Below, piece by piece: positions 12,097 through 23,879 of a stretch of DNA of 64,000 nt (its first letter is position 1; every line of letters starts with the position of its first letter). The translations under genes were made by a program, and so were the position numbers. The stretch spans positions 351,058 through 415,057 of the forward strand of contig VJWM01000193.1 in NCBI GenBank assembly GCA_010909165.1, written 5' to 3'. The notes below the pieces were generated by a model. That model was given only the letters and a program-made list of their open reading frames with translations. It ran no database searches and was not told the DNA's origin. Origin of the DNA: Anthoceros angustus. Taxonomy: Eukaryota > Plantae > Anthocerotophyta.

Positions 12097-13027
12097 GGTT
12101 GAGAGGTCACAAGATGAGTTCATGCTGGCGCTCAGTTGGAAGGTGCAGTTGAACTAGGTTCAAGCAGGATCTGCTGCTGTAACCTTATATCTACCAATAC
12201 TTGGAAACTTTTTGACAGGGGGGGTCAGGTATTTTGGCTTCGAAGGCACAAGGGGGAGCCGGGTACGTGCACGCAAAGTTAGTCGGAAGGTAGCTTTGCA
12301 GTTGAACACCAGTGCAGGCTGGGTCCTTGGCTGGTTGTGAAGTGGCAACAGGTGTTGATCAGCTTTAGGCCCAACCAATCCGGAAGCCGGAAGTGGAAAC
12401 CGCGAGTGACTCATGTTATGTCGGTTTGTTTCTGACGTTGGAATGAGCTGCGGCAGATCTTGCTACATGTGTGAGTGAACTCAACGGTGGGCCTTTCTCC
12501 TCCTTTGCTGGGTATCATTCTTTTAGTTTTTCGTCCATCAGTTGCTCTCTTGAGCCGGGACCAGTTAGTGTTGGAAATTAGAGGATCTTATAGAGACGAG
12601 TAGTGAGGGCCTGTTGCCCATACCATCTCCAGTTGTCCAGAATTTTGGGCGTCTGGCGGTTCAGTCACTTGCGTAGAGTCACTCGCCACATTCTATACCG
12701 CCTTCATGTGGGTTATGTATTTTGTCGGGCTCGGAGGTCTCCGAGCTTTGTCTTGTGGAAATACTTATACAGTCCTCCTACCTCCTTGTAAGCAAGCTTA
12801 TGGGCCCAGACATAAACTCATAAACTCCTACCTCCACTCCCTGCATAAGCAAGCTTATGGAATCCTATGGGCCCAAGGTTGCGCATAAGCCGTGGAGCTT
12901 GAATCTCTTGACCAGCCAAGGGCCAATGCTGTGTACAGCAAGTTGTGCATATAAGGCATTTGCAAGACACGAAGGCACTGAAGTAAGAAAACACAAAACT
13001 AGAACCCGATGCGCAGTGTGAAGGGTG

Positions 13028-13094
13028 ATGTTATCGATCCACTGTATGTTATCGATCCACTGTATGTTATCGATCCACTGTATGTTATCGATCC
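13028..13094. repeat. 18-bp tandem repeat (ATGTTATCGATCCACTGT) x about 3.7
   Basis: Directly visible; lies at the left edge of the duplicated SPPL upstream region. Confidence 0.9.
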
Positions 13095-13353
13095 CTGTTC
13101 GCCTTCTCGTGGCTTTCTTCCCTTAGAAAACGCGCGAGCCAGCGGCCTGCTTCCTGCAATGGGAGCCACTTGGACTGCTGTTCTGGAAAGATTCTGCACA
13201 TTTGACGTTGCGCAGGAACGCAATTGTCCAATCCATGGGGTTTACACGCTAAAACTGAGTTGGGAGGGCTCGGCATCCATCCGATTACTGCAAGTACGTG
13301 TTGGCTCGTTACTGGGATGATTCCCTGACCTTTAGGCGTTTTCGAAGTAGACC

Positions 13354-15290
13354 ATGGGGATTTGCTCTCCTGGCCGGCAGCTTCATGGCGGTTCTGCAAC
13401 GGGGCTCTTGTAGGTTATGGTCTTACTGACTGCCTCGCTGCTGCTGCACGCCACGGCCGGGGACTTGTCGGATTATGACGATCCGCCCTCCTTGGTTGCG
13501 AAATGATCTTGTCCTGGGAGGTGCTTGCATGCATGCATGCGGATTCCTGGGTGCATTGCCGGGTGGCAGTGCACTATATGTTTGTTGGTCCTTGGTTAGG
13601 TGACAACAGGCGTTGTGGTTTCACCAAGGAGTTGGAGCCCACTGGAAAGGCTCGACTCGGTGCAAGGCTGGATGGCTTATTTGTGCAGGTTGCCGAGTGG
13701 GAACATGTTGTGGGATGCTAGGCGAAGCTTGGGAATTCGGTTAACGGGAAACAGGGGAACCAGTATGTTGGAGTCAGTGCATAGTTCGTTAGTCAGATTC
13801 CAAGCTTCTTTGTGGCCAAGCTGTCCAAAACCTGGCGTGCATCTTCCAGTTCATTTTACGTACTTGTCCACCAGGCAGGTGCCCACCATCACGTTCTCCA
13901 GCAGTCCTCTTTCGACAATCAGCGAGTGCAGCTGCAGCGAGTTGCCCTTCCGTAATGCCCCAGTGCTTGCAGAGGCCTTTTGAAGGCAAGCAAAAGTAAC
14001 ATGGCTACCCAAAATCAGCCCCTCCTGCTCCATTTGTCCATACACAATAAGTGCCTCGTGTCCCAGCAGGAAGAAGATGCTCATAGCATAGTGCACCTCT
14101 CTTCGTCGCAGATCCTGGGGAATGGTGCACAAATATTACAACCAAGGCAAGGAAGCGTGAGAAGAAGTGTACCCGATGCTGTAGTGCTTGCCTTGGAGGT
14201 GAGAATTGACGGGGGGTTTTGTTTCTAGGAGATCGCATTGTACGTTCACAAAAAGGCTTGAATCGCACAGCGGGCTGGAGCAAGAGCTTGGTTTGTTGTT
14301 AATGACCAATAAGGTGGTGACTGTAATTGCTGTGTTGGTTATTAGTGTGAATGCATTCCTACTTATCACCAACGACTTGTATTGCTTTTGTGTGGGATGT
14401 TAGGATGTCTGTGCAAGACGACGTGTGAGGATAACGATACCGGTGTCGATATCACCATCCCTGTGGCGATGTTGCCCTAAGATGGTGGAAGCCGTCCGAA
14501 AGCCCATTTTGTGGCAGGGAGCAGGGGGTATGTGCAGTATTTCTTCTGTTGTACAACATGTTGGATTTTTTTAGTTTTAGTTGCTGCGGCAGTGTTATAT
14601 TCCTCCTCTTTACCCTGTGTTTACAGTGAGAGTTCTTCTTTTCTCCCCAACTCAGCCAACCCAACTTTTGGATGATGCGGAATGTTTCTTGTGCTTGATG
14701 GCAGTTGTTACTACCCAGAGGTCTTCTTCTCGGTCTCCATGGTGGAGTGAAAAAGAGTCAAAGAGTGAAGTTGTGCTGATGGGCGTTTGGAATGTCAGCT
14801 TATATCAGAGAGCCGATCTGCTTGACTTAGCTGATAGGAATATGCGTGCATAGTGACCACCACCGACCGGAGCTGCTCTCATCTGAATTCTGCTCTCCTT
14901 ATGACATCCCAATCTCTGAAAACTACCGAGAGCAGACATCTCACTTAGTCACCGTAGAGGAGTCCTGGGTTTCCCCTGAGGAGTTTCTAGTGCTCCATTT
15001 TGATTATTGCCGTCTAATGCGTTCAGCAGGTTCTTAATGCAGAACTTTCAAAAGTGTGTGGTGTCACTTTGGTCAGGGTAACTAATCTGGTTTTCTGGGT
15101 TTTCCACCTGGTGGTTTTCCACATGGTTCATACCGACGTCCGAGGACAAAATATGATATTCCGTGTACTGCGTTTAGCAGGTTCTCAATGCAGGGGTTTC
15201 AAGCGTGTGTGGTGTCACTTTTGGTCAGGGTAACTGATTTGGTTTTCTGGGTGTTGGTGGGTTTCCACATGGTTCATACCGACGTCCAAG
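13354..15290 (+). pseudogene. Truncated SPPL pseudogene (exons 1-5 and 7 of the 19338-22506 gene; exon 6 deleted, exon 7 region duplicated)
   Basis: Exons, introns and upstream region align to 19070-21060; AAG>TAG at 13782-13784, frameshifts, insertion at 13789-14064; no catalytic YD/GxGD exons. Confidence 0.9.
13789..14064 (-). pseudogene. PLS-class pentatricopeptide repeat (PPR) gene fragment inserted in SPPL pseudo-exon 2
   Basis: GHEALIVYGQMEQEGLILGSHVTFACLQKASASTGALRKG..LHSLIVERGLLENVMVGTCLVDKYVK...AWN matches consecutive P/L/S motif consensus; absent from the intact SPPL. Confidence 0.85.
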
Positions 15291-15588
15291 GACAGAATAT
15301 ATTAAGTATTTATACAGAGGTTATAGAAGTATATCGGTTAATTAGTTCCATGGTCTATATATGTACCTAGTGTGTAGTTATGTTGACAAGTCAGTCAGCT
15401 ATATGCTAGAACACTGGATCTACATATGGTTGTTGCAAAGATATTGGACCCATTTGTTGGGCTCTGTGCATGCCAAGGGCCAGCTGTAGGGTTTTGTTCT
15501 TAGACAAGTCGGACATTCAGTCTTAGAAGAAAAGGGACACAGTCTCTATCCCAGCAGGACTAAGCAGCAGGGCCATCTGAAAGATAAA

Positions 15589-17748
15589 ATGCCAGGGGGA
15601 GGTTTTCGTGTGTTGCATTTGGTGAGGCCCTTCCTCTCCGTGCTGCCGGAGGTGCAGGCAGCCCAGAGAAAGGTACCCTTCAGGGAGAAGGTGGTGTACA
15701 CAGCAGTGTCGCTGTTCATATTCTTGGTCTGCAGTCAGCTCCCACTCTATGGGATCCACACGCCCATGGGCTTAGATCCCTTGTATTGGTTGCGAGCCAT
15801 GATGGCTTCCACCAGAGGAACTGTGATGGAGCTCGGTATCACGCCAATTGTCACGTCGGGGCTGATCATGCAGCTTCTGACCGGCTCAAACATCATTGAA
15901 GTGAACAACAAGGTCAAGGAGGACCGGAATCTCCTGTAAGTCACACCTCAGATTGTAGACCTCTAAGTCCGGGGATTCAAAATGAGTGTTATTTTTGGGT
16001 GCTGTAGGTCAGAGTGGCTCTTTACCTGCACTGTGGCGTGAGGGAGGGTGTCTCTGGCTTGATTTGCTCCTAACTCTGTCCTTAGGTTCTATTGCCACAG
16101 TTCTCAGGTCTTGGATGCTGTCTGTCATGGCTTTGCTTTGATCCACCCTGATGGTGCTCTTGTGTGGCAGAAATGGTGCTCAGAAGCTCTTGGGAGTGAT
16201 GATCACTATTGGACAAGCTGTACTGTATGTCCTATCAGGGGCGTATGGAGATCTTGGAGCTGGTAACGCCATTCTCGTTGTTGTGCAGCTCACTGCTGCT
16301 GGCATCATCATGGTCTGTTTGGACGAGCTTCTTCAAAAGGGATATGGTTTTGGTTCTGGAATCTCCCTGTTCACTGCCACAAACATTTGGTACGGATTCG
16401 GCTGTTGCGTGCCAAATGTTATGCAGCTCACCTGTTGCCTCTATGCTTTATCTTTCATCTGGTGATATTGGTTGCTGCGCCTCTCTGTACCATGAGCTGT
16501 CTCCACGGTTCTTATCATTAGGTTTGCTGTATTGCCAGTGAAAACGTTTTCTGGAAGGCGTTCAGTCCCCGCACTATCAACAGTGGTCGTGGCCCTCAGT
16601 TCGAAGGAGCAGCTGTTGCCCTTCTCCATGCGGCCTTCTTCAGGATGGGATCGATACAGGCACTGAAACAGGCCTTCTTCCGGCAGGAGCTTGACAATGC
16701 CACTAATCTTCTGGCGACAGTCGTAGTCTTTCTTCTTGTTGTCTACCTTCAGGGTTTTCGGGTTTTGCTTCCAGTACAACACAAAAAGACTCGTGGACAA
16801 AAGGGAAAGTATGCTATTAAGCTTTTCTACACCTCCAGTATGCCCATCATGCTACAAAGTGCTCTTGTCTCCAATCTGTACTTCATGTCCCAGGTGCATG
16901 CACATCCTCACTATTTGTATGGAGTTCCAGGGGGTGTTAGTAAACTACCGGTGTTTGAGCTGCAACGCCGGTAGTGTGTGCATTCAGTAATACTTGTCTC
17001 CTGGCCATGTCTTACAGTTGTTACATAACAAATTTGGAGGCAACTTTTTCGTCCAGCTTCTTGGGAAGTGGAAGGCGGATGAGCAGTCATTCGGTGGTCA
17101 GCTTATCCCCGTTGGGGGGATTGTGTATTACATTACACCTCCAACCAGGTAGAAGCTCGTGCGAGTGCCTCTCCAAGAGTCCCTCTCCAAGAAGTGTTTT
17201 TGCATGTGAGAGCTTCAGTCGTGCTATGGGCCTCTAAATGTGTTAATTGTCCTTATTCGGTGTTGCAGCTTGGGGGATATCGCGTCCAACCCTGTCCATG
17301 CGATGTTCTATTTGACATTTGTGCTGACAGCATGCACCTTGTTCTCGAAGATATGGACTGGAGTCTCTGGCACATCAGCTCGTGATGTGGCGAAGCAATT
17401 GAAGGTAAGCTTTAGCAGTCAGCAATCCCAGCCCTTGTGACTTCAAATGGCCATGTCTGTGAATCGGAAATTCCCGGACACTGATTTCGTCATGCTTGGT
17501 GTGATTAGGAGGAACAAATGGTGATTCCTGGACACCGGGAATGCAACCTTGAAAAGGAGCTGAATCGCTACATCCCAACTGCAGCTGCGTTAGGTGGAAT
17601 GTGTATCGGTGCTCTGACTGTTCTGGCCGACTTGATTGGCGCTTTTGGGTCTGGAACAGGAATCTTGCTCGCTGTCTCCACTATCTTCCAGTATTTTGAG
17701 ATCTTCGAGAAGGAAAAAGTAAAAGCGCTCGGAGCTTTTGGGCTGTAA
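15589..17748 (+). CDS. SEC61A: Sec61 subunit alpha, divergent tandem paralog; exons 15589-15935, 16171-16389, 16539-16893, 17018-17148, 17269-17404, 17509-17748 (475 aa)
   Basis: Same five intron positions and phases as copy 1; all splice sites GT-AG; 1428 nt open with one in-frame 9-nt deletion. Expression is not demonstrable from sequence. Confidence 0.92.
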
Positions 17749-18883
17749 GGTTGAGAGGTGACAGGATGACCTCACTCTGCGCTCAGTTAGAAGGTGGCGT
17801 ATAACTAGGTTCAGGCAGCATCTGCTGCAGAAGCCTTCATGTACCAACATTTGTAAGTTTGGCTTCCTTCTACTGCATTAGAAGAAGCCGGGTAGGTTCG
17901 CGCAGAGCTAGATAGAAGGTGGTTCTGCAGCTGAATTGGTGACCAGTGCACGCTGGGCTGGGTGCCCGGCTGGTTCTGAGATGGCAACAGGGCTTCTTTA
18001 CCTGTTTGGCTGTGCTTTAACCTGCTGGTCGTGATTTACATGTACGTAGGTCTTTGGGCTTGGAGATGTATTGGAAATCTTTTGTACAAAAGAGCTGAGA
18101 CTTATGTTCCCAAAATGTCTCTCACCTACAGCACCTAGTGAGTCGAAGCTTTGGATCTGGGCACTCACAAAGTAGTAGTCTACCAGGGTGCAAAGACATC
18201 GATACTTAAGTAGGTACCTATTTCCTTCTGGGAATCCGGGGTTTAAGTAGCTGAACACATATGTTACAGGTAGTCTCTTCTGAGTCTTTGCAATTGCAAG
18301 ATCAAACATCTCCCAAGACGGAATGGCCACTTGTGCGATGTATGCTTCTTTCCCACACCCTTGTCTGCACGATCTCAAACCAGCGTTCGATATCGGATCG
18401 CTCATCAAACCCCTCGAATCACAGGATAAGAGGCGTCAATGATTTCTGGTCCCAACAAGAGGAGATCGGAACCCCAAAGGTTTCTGCGTGTACGAGTTCG
18501 CAATATGGGTAAGCAACTCTACGCTGCTCACGGATACAGATTTGCGAGTGTCACCGACGGAGAGGATCGAGTGCCACTTCAGGATCGGATCGCGCGCCAT
18601 CTTCGAGGTCCTAGACTCGAGGATTCTGAGAAGTCCTTGGATTGTGCATTGAAAATCTATGAAAATCAGGGTTCTGATTCTTCGCACTCGCTAGACGAAT
18701 TTCCTTCATCGGACTTGGTACTTGACCACTTGTACCATGTTGAAGTTGAGGGGAGGAAGACACACCGGCTACATATCGGCCTCAATTTGAAGAAGAAAAA
18801 TGAAGTGAAGCGTGAGGGGTGAGGGGAGGAAGGCACACCGGCTACATATCGGGAAGCACGTCGTCTCCAGGGACAGCACATCG

Positions 18884-18966
18884 CCTTCACACGACGGATT
18901 CAAATCGGCTTCACATGATGGATGCAAATTGGCGTGACATGACGGATGCAAATCGGCTTCACATGA
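18884..18966. repeat. Imperfect 24-bp tandem repeat (CTTCACATGACGGATGCAAATCGG) x about 3.5
   Basis: Directly visible; a ~30-bp direct repeat GGGGAGG..CACACCGGCTACATATCGG also occurs at ~18750 and ~18822. Confidence 0.75.
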
Positions 18967-19337
18967 GGCAGCAAGGGCCTGAAGTCGCCGACCAAAGCGT
19001 GAACCCAAAATTCCATTCGGAGCGAACCCAAAACTCAAGATAATTTATTTCGTCTTCTTTACATACACTCTCCCTTCGCGTGGCACTCTCCCCTCACTCA
19101 GAAACTGCGCGAGCCCAGTGGTCTCCTTGCTGTGTCGGAGCTTGCTGTGGGAGCCCCTTGGACTGCTGTTCGGGCAGGATTTCGCACACTATTCGCGCGC
19201 AGGACGCGCAATCGCCCATGGGATTTCCATGCTAAACCTGATTTCAAAAGGAGCTGAGCGTCCATCAGAGGACTGCAAATAAGTGGGGGTCCATTGTTGG
19301 GATGATCCCCTGACCTCTGACATTTCCGAAGCCGACC

Positions 19338-22300
19338 ATGGGGATCTGCTCTTCTGGCCGGCAGCCTCATGGCGGTCCTGCACCGGTGCTCGTGTGGCTG
19401 ATGATCTTGCTGACTGCCGCCCTGCTGCTGCTGCAAGTCGCTGCTCGGGACATATCTGACGATGACGATTCGCCCTCGGTTCCTGGTTGCGACAATGCTT
19501 TTGTGCTGGTAGGTGCATGCATGCAGGTTCGGGGATGCATCACCCGGTGGCTGTGCAGCAGACGCATACGTTTGGTGGTTCTTGGTTAGGTTACAGCATG
19601 CGTTGTGGTTTCGTCTAAGTGGTTGGGGCACATTGGAGATGGGAAGGCTCCAATTTGGAGTGCAAGGCTCCTTCTTTCAGTGGCTGAGTGGGAGCATGTT
19701 GTGGGATGATAGGTGAAAGTCCGGAATTGGGTTAACGGCAAAGAGGGGAACGAGTATGTGGGAGTCAGTGCAAAGTTCGGTGCCAAGATACAGAGCAAAG
19801 AAGAAGATGCTCACAGTGCACCTCTCTTCATCGCAGATCCTAGGGACTGTTGCGCAAATATCACGACCAAGGCAAGGAAGCGTTAGAACTGTACGCGCTG
19901 CCGTAGTGCTTGCCTTGGGAGTGAGAATTGACCGGTGATTTGGTCTCCAGGAAATCCCATTTGTTGTTATGGCTGAGAGGGGGGATTGTACGTTCACAAA
20001 AAAGGCTCGAATTGCACAGCAGGCTGGTGCAAGAGCTTTGTTAGTTGTTAATGACCAACAAGGTGAGGATCCTCATCGGTGTGCTGGTTATTATTGGGAT
20101 GGGCACTCTTTCCTTATCACTGACAACTGGTATGTGCTCTCTGTGTGGGATGTTCACAGGGCTCTATAAGATGGTGTGTGAGGAGAATGATACCTTTGTC
20201 GATATCACCATCCCTGTGGTGATGTTGCCCAAAGATGCTGGAACCAGTCTGGAAGCTAACGTTGTAGCAGGGAAGAGGGGTATGTGAAGATTCTGCCTCT
20301 GTAGCACACCATGCTGGAGCTTCCTTGTCTTAGTTGCGGGGGCAGTAGCTAATCCGTTTGCCCTGTGTTTCTAGTGAGAGTGCTCCTTTTCTCCCCAACT
20401 CGGCCGCTTGTGGATGTTGCGGAAGTTTTCTTGTGGCTGATGGCAGTCGGTACCATTTTGGGGGCTTCTTTCTGGTCTGCATGGAGTGCAAAAGAGGCAT
20501 CAATCCAACACTACAGAAGAGTGAAGGTGTGCTGATCAGCATGTGGAATGTGATCTTGCATCAGAGAGACAATCTGCTTGATCTACCTGTCGTCCAAATA
20601 TGCTTTACATGACAACCAATGAGCAGGGCTGCCCTCTTCTGAACTTTGCTATCCTCATTTTTCATGTCTGCTGATCAGGATGTTGTCGACCCCTGTGTGG
20701 ATGAAAGCCGCGAGGAGAAAAACGTGGTTGACATCAATGTTTATTCAGCAGTGCTATTTCTCGTTCTGGCATCAGCATTTTTGGTGTTGCTCTACTTTCT
20801 CATGTCGAAGTGGTTCCTTATGATTCTGGTGGTCGTCTTCTGTATTGGTGGAGTTGAGGTAATTTCCGCCCCTCAGTCTCTGAAAGGCTACCGATAGCAG
20901 ACTTCCATCGTAGAGTTCGGTTCTCCTGCAAGGAGTTTCTAGTGCTCTATTTTCTGTCTTGACATCTAATGCGTTTAGCATGCTCTTATTGCAGGGCTTG
21001 CAAACCTGTGTGGTGTCACTTCTGTCAAGGTAAATGATCTGCTTCCATGGATTTTGGTGACTTATGGGAAGTGGGTTACGGTTTATCTATTGCTGAAATC
21101 CCTGCAAAACAGAGGTGCCTTCTGCTTTGACCTTTACAGGTGGTTTACATGTACCCATGGTTTCTTGCTTGCTCCCCCAACCCTGCAGGTTTGCGCCCAG
21201 TTTAGCTTCCATTTATGTAAACGTACCCTTAATCGGGGACATATCAGTGCTCTCGCTTCTTGTTGCTCCTTTCTGCATCACATTCGGAGTGTTGTGGGCA
21301 GTATTTCGGCATCTCTCCTTTGCCTGGATCGCTCAGGATATTCTTGTAAGTTCTCATTTGGACGTCCTCTGTCTCACCATTTCCTGCCGGCTCCCTGTTG
21401 TCATAACTGACAAATCTTATTGCACTGTGTTTGTTCTCCAGGGCATTTCATTGATTCTGACAGTGCTCCAAATTGTGCAACTTCCTAACATCAAGGTGTG
21501 CTGTTGTAATTACTCGCCTCCATAGACACCTAGGTGTGTAGAATAGGCAACAGCCCGTGTTCTCTGTACTGCTTTTGTAACCATGGGCTATTGGACACAG
21601 GTTTCCACAGTGCTATTGAGTTGTGCATTCTTCTACGACATTTTCTGGGTGTTCATATCACCTTATTTCTTCCACGAGAGTGTGATGATTGTGGTAAGTA
21701 AATCGCTGATGTCTGTGCCCTTCTCTTACCGCGTCTCCTGCCGGTTAGTCCGATCCAAGGATTCTCATCTAGTGCCCATGCCAGGTTGCTCGAGGTGACA
21801 GAAGCGGAGGAGATGGTATTCCGATGCTTCTCAAGGTTCCCAGACTGTATGACCCATGGGGTGGTTACAGCATTATAGGTTTTGGAGACATTCTTTTGCC
21901 AGGCCTGCTGGTCTCCTTCTGTCTCAGGTAAGTCACCAGCTATGAGCTTGTTGCCAGTGATCGCAGAAGAGGCTGGATCATAATCATAACCCTTGAGGTA
22001 TCGCTGTTGCCATTTCGCAGGTATGACTGGGCAGCCAAGAAGAGCCTCTCGAAAGGATACTTCTTGTGGGCAATCATGGGTTACGGTTTCGGTAGGTCTC
22101 TACACCAGCCTTGCTTGCGCTCAAAGCCCACCAGCCCGAAATCCCATTTCGGCATCTGGACTAATGAGTACTGTGATCTTGGATCCTCTCCAGGCCTCTT
22201 CCTGACTTACGTGGCACTTAACCTGATGGACGGCAACGGTCAACCGGCGCTTCTGTACATCGTACCTTGCACACTCGGTAACAAACGCAACACCTCCCCA

Positions 22301-22506
22301 CTTCCTAACGCCGTGTGCATCTCCATCTGTTCCCACCTATAGCTAACCGGCATTCCACGTGTATAACGTACCCCGCAGGAACTGTGCTCTTCCTGGCCTG
22401 GAGGAGGGGGGAGATGAACCTCCTGTGGAGCCAGGACGACGAAGACGTGAAAGGGGAAGTAGAACCACCTCACACGGCAGCAGTACCCGCAGTCGGTGTA
22501 TCATAG
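19338..22506 (+). CDS. SPPL: Signal peptide peptidase-like protease with PA domain (peptidase A22B, plant SPPL2-5 type); 14 exons: 19338-19508, 19713-19871, 19951-20062, 20160-20279, 20375-20526, 20679-20858, 20995-21029, 21189-21345, 21442-21495, 21601-21693, 21785-21927, 22021-22091, 22194-22277, 22379-22506 (552 aa)
   Basis: Signal peptide, [14 protein letters not shown] motif [18 protein letters not shown], catalytic FYDIFWVF and [20 protein letters not shown]; exon lengths sum to 1659 nt in frame; intron 2 is GC-AG. Confidence 0.95.
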
Positions 22507-23879
22507 TTCACCCAGCACGTCACCCACCACGAGCTGACAATCGGGTACATAGACCCTCCTCCTGTTTTCTGCGGACGGGACTCCAGTACAGCGGCCCCGT
22601 CCATTCATTTCTGGACAGGCCTGTTCCCAACTTGGCAGCAGTAGCACCGGTTATGGGTGAGAGCCTCTCTTCTCTCACCCAAAACGGACACCCTTCGTAC
22701 AAATTATTGGAGGAGTCCAGAAATCCGTCCCTCCACCTAGAAAGGAGGCCCAAGGACGGATAGCACGGGCAGGCCACACGCTACTTTCGCCTTCTCCTCC
22801 TTTTATTCACTAGTTGTCGGACTGGGTTGCATCAGACTTTATTCGCAGGTGAGTGCGCTTTATTCCAGAGGAGAAAGGGACGTGGGTCTGGATATCGGCA
22901 CCCTAGAGCTCCGATGTCGGAACGGAATATTATTGGGTGCTGGCGTCCCTTCTGGATGGACGGGACGTGAGTCGAACACGCAACCTTCTGATCCGCAGGT
23001 AGACGGGACACCACTTCGTAATGAGTTTTACCTCTTCCCTTCCCGATTCGTGTGTCCACGCCCCACTCGTTTCGGACGAGCACTTGCGACGTCGTTCTCA
23101 CGTACTCGCCGCCTAGCGTCACTTCCAACTTCCCTTCTGCTTTAATGGAGGCTGCCAAATCTTCTGGAACCAATTGTCTGTGCGCATTGCATTGATTGAT
23201 TGGGTAGTGAAGGCCGGCGCGGCAGGTGGGTACACGTCCAGTCTGCCAGCCCAGCGCACCAGCTGGTGGTCTGGGGCCTAAAGCTGGCCTGTGCACAGCG
23301 GCGCGTGATCTTCTGTGGCGAGGGTGTGATAGGACAGCCCAGGGCAGCTCTGCCTCTGCCTCTGCCTCTGCCGCCATCACCTGCTCCTGCCCAATCGCAG
23401 CAGCGTCCCCCAGATCCGTGCCCGCAAATATTTTGGTGCAGTTTGGTAAGCCAAGCCTTGTCTCGGCCCCACCCACCTGCCCCCTTTGTATCTTCGGGAC
23501 CACTCTCCATGCAAGGAAGGGGAGGCTCGCTGTTGCTGGGCAGGGAGGGAGACTCCGTAGAGCATTCGGGATGTGTGCGTGGAAGGCATGTACATACGTG
23601 CAAGCGGTTGAGAGACTTCAAATAATTTCGTTTTTATGTCATAATTTTATAGTTAAATAAGTTTTATGAAGGAGGTTTGTGTGCGAGCGGAGGGAAATAA
23701 AACTCCACAGCAATCCTAAGCTGCTGTGGTGGATGACTCAACTCGGTCTTGACTAGAGGGGATGACTCAACCCGGATTGAGCTCGTTCGAGAAGGTTCGA
23801 GACTGGAGGATGAAAGGCTGAAACGCTTTCGTTATTCCACGTCGGGAAGGAAGTTTTGTAACGCCTAAGTTTCCAACAA

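Noticed and set aside
15589-17748. Horizontal transfer of a fungal SEC61 to explain the yeast-like residues
   Set aside because: Intron positions, intron sequence, UTRs and most codons are clearly homologous to the adjacent plant copy.
17853-17930. 3' UTR intron gained in Sec61-alpha copy 2
   Set aside because: GTAAGT and CTGCAG are present, but the exon-side context and pyrimidine tract are poor; unsupported without reads.
18330-18700. Degenerate F-box/FBD-like fragment on the - strand (KDFSESSSLGPRRWRAI; SDIERWFEIV)
   Set aside because: Resemblance is weak and spread over several frames.
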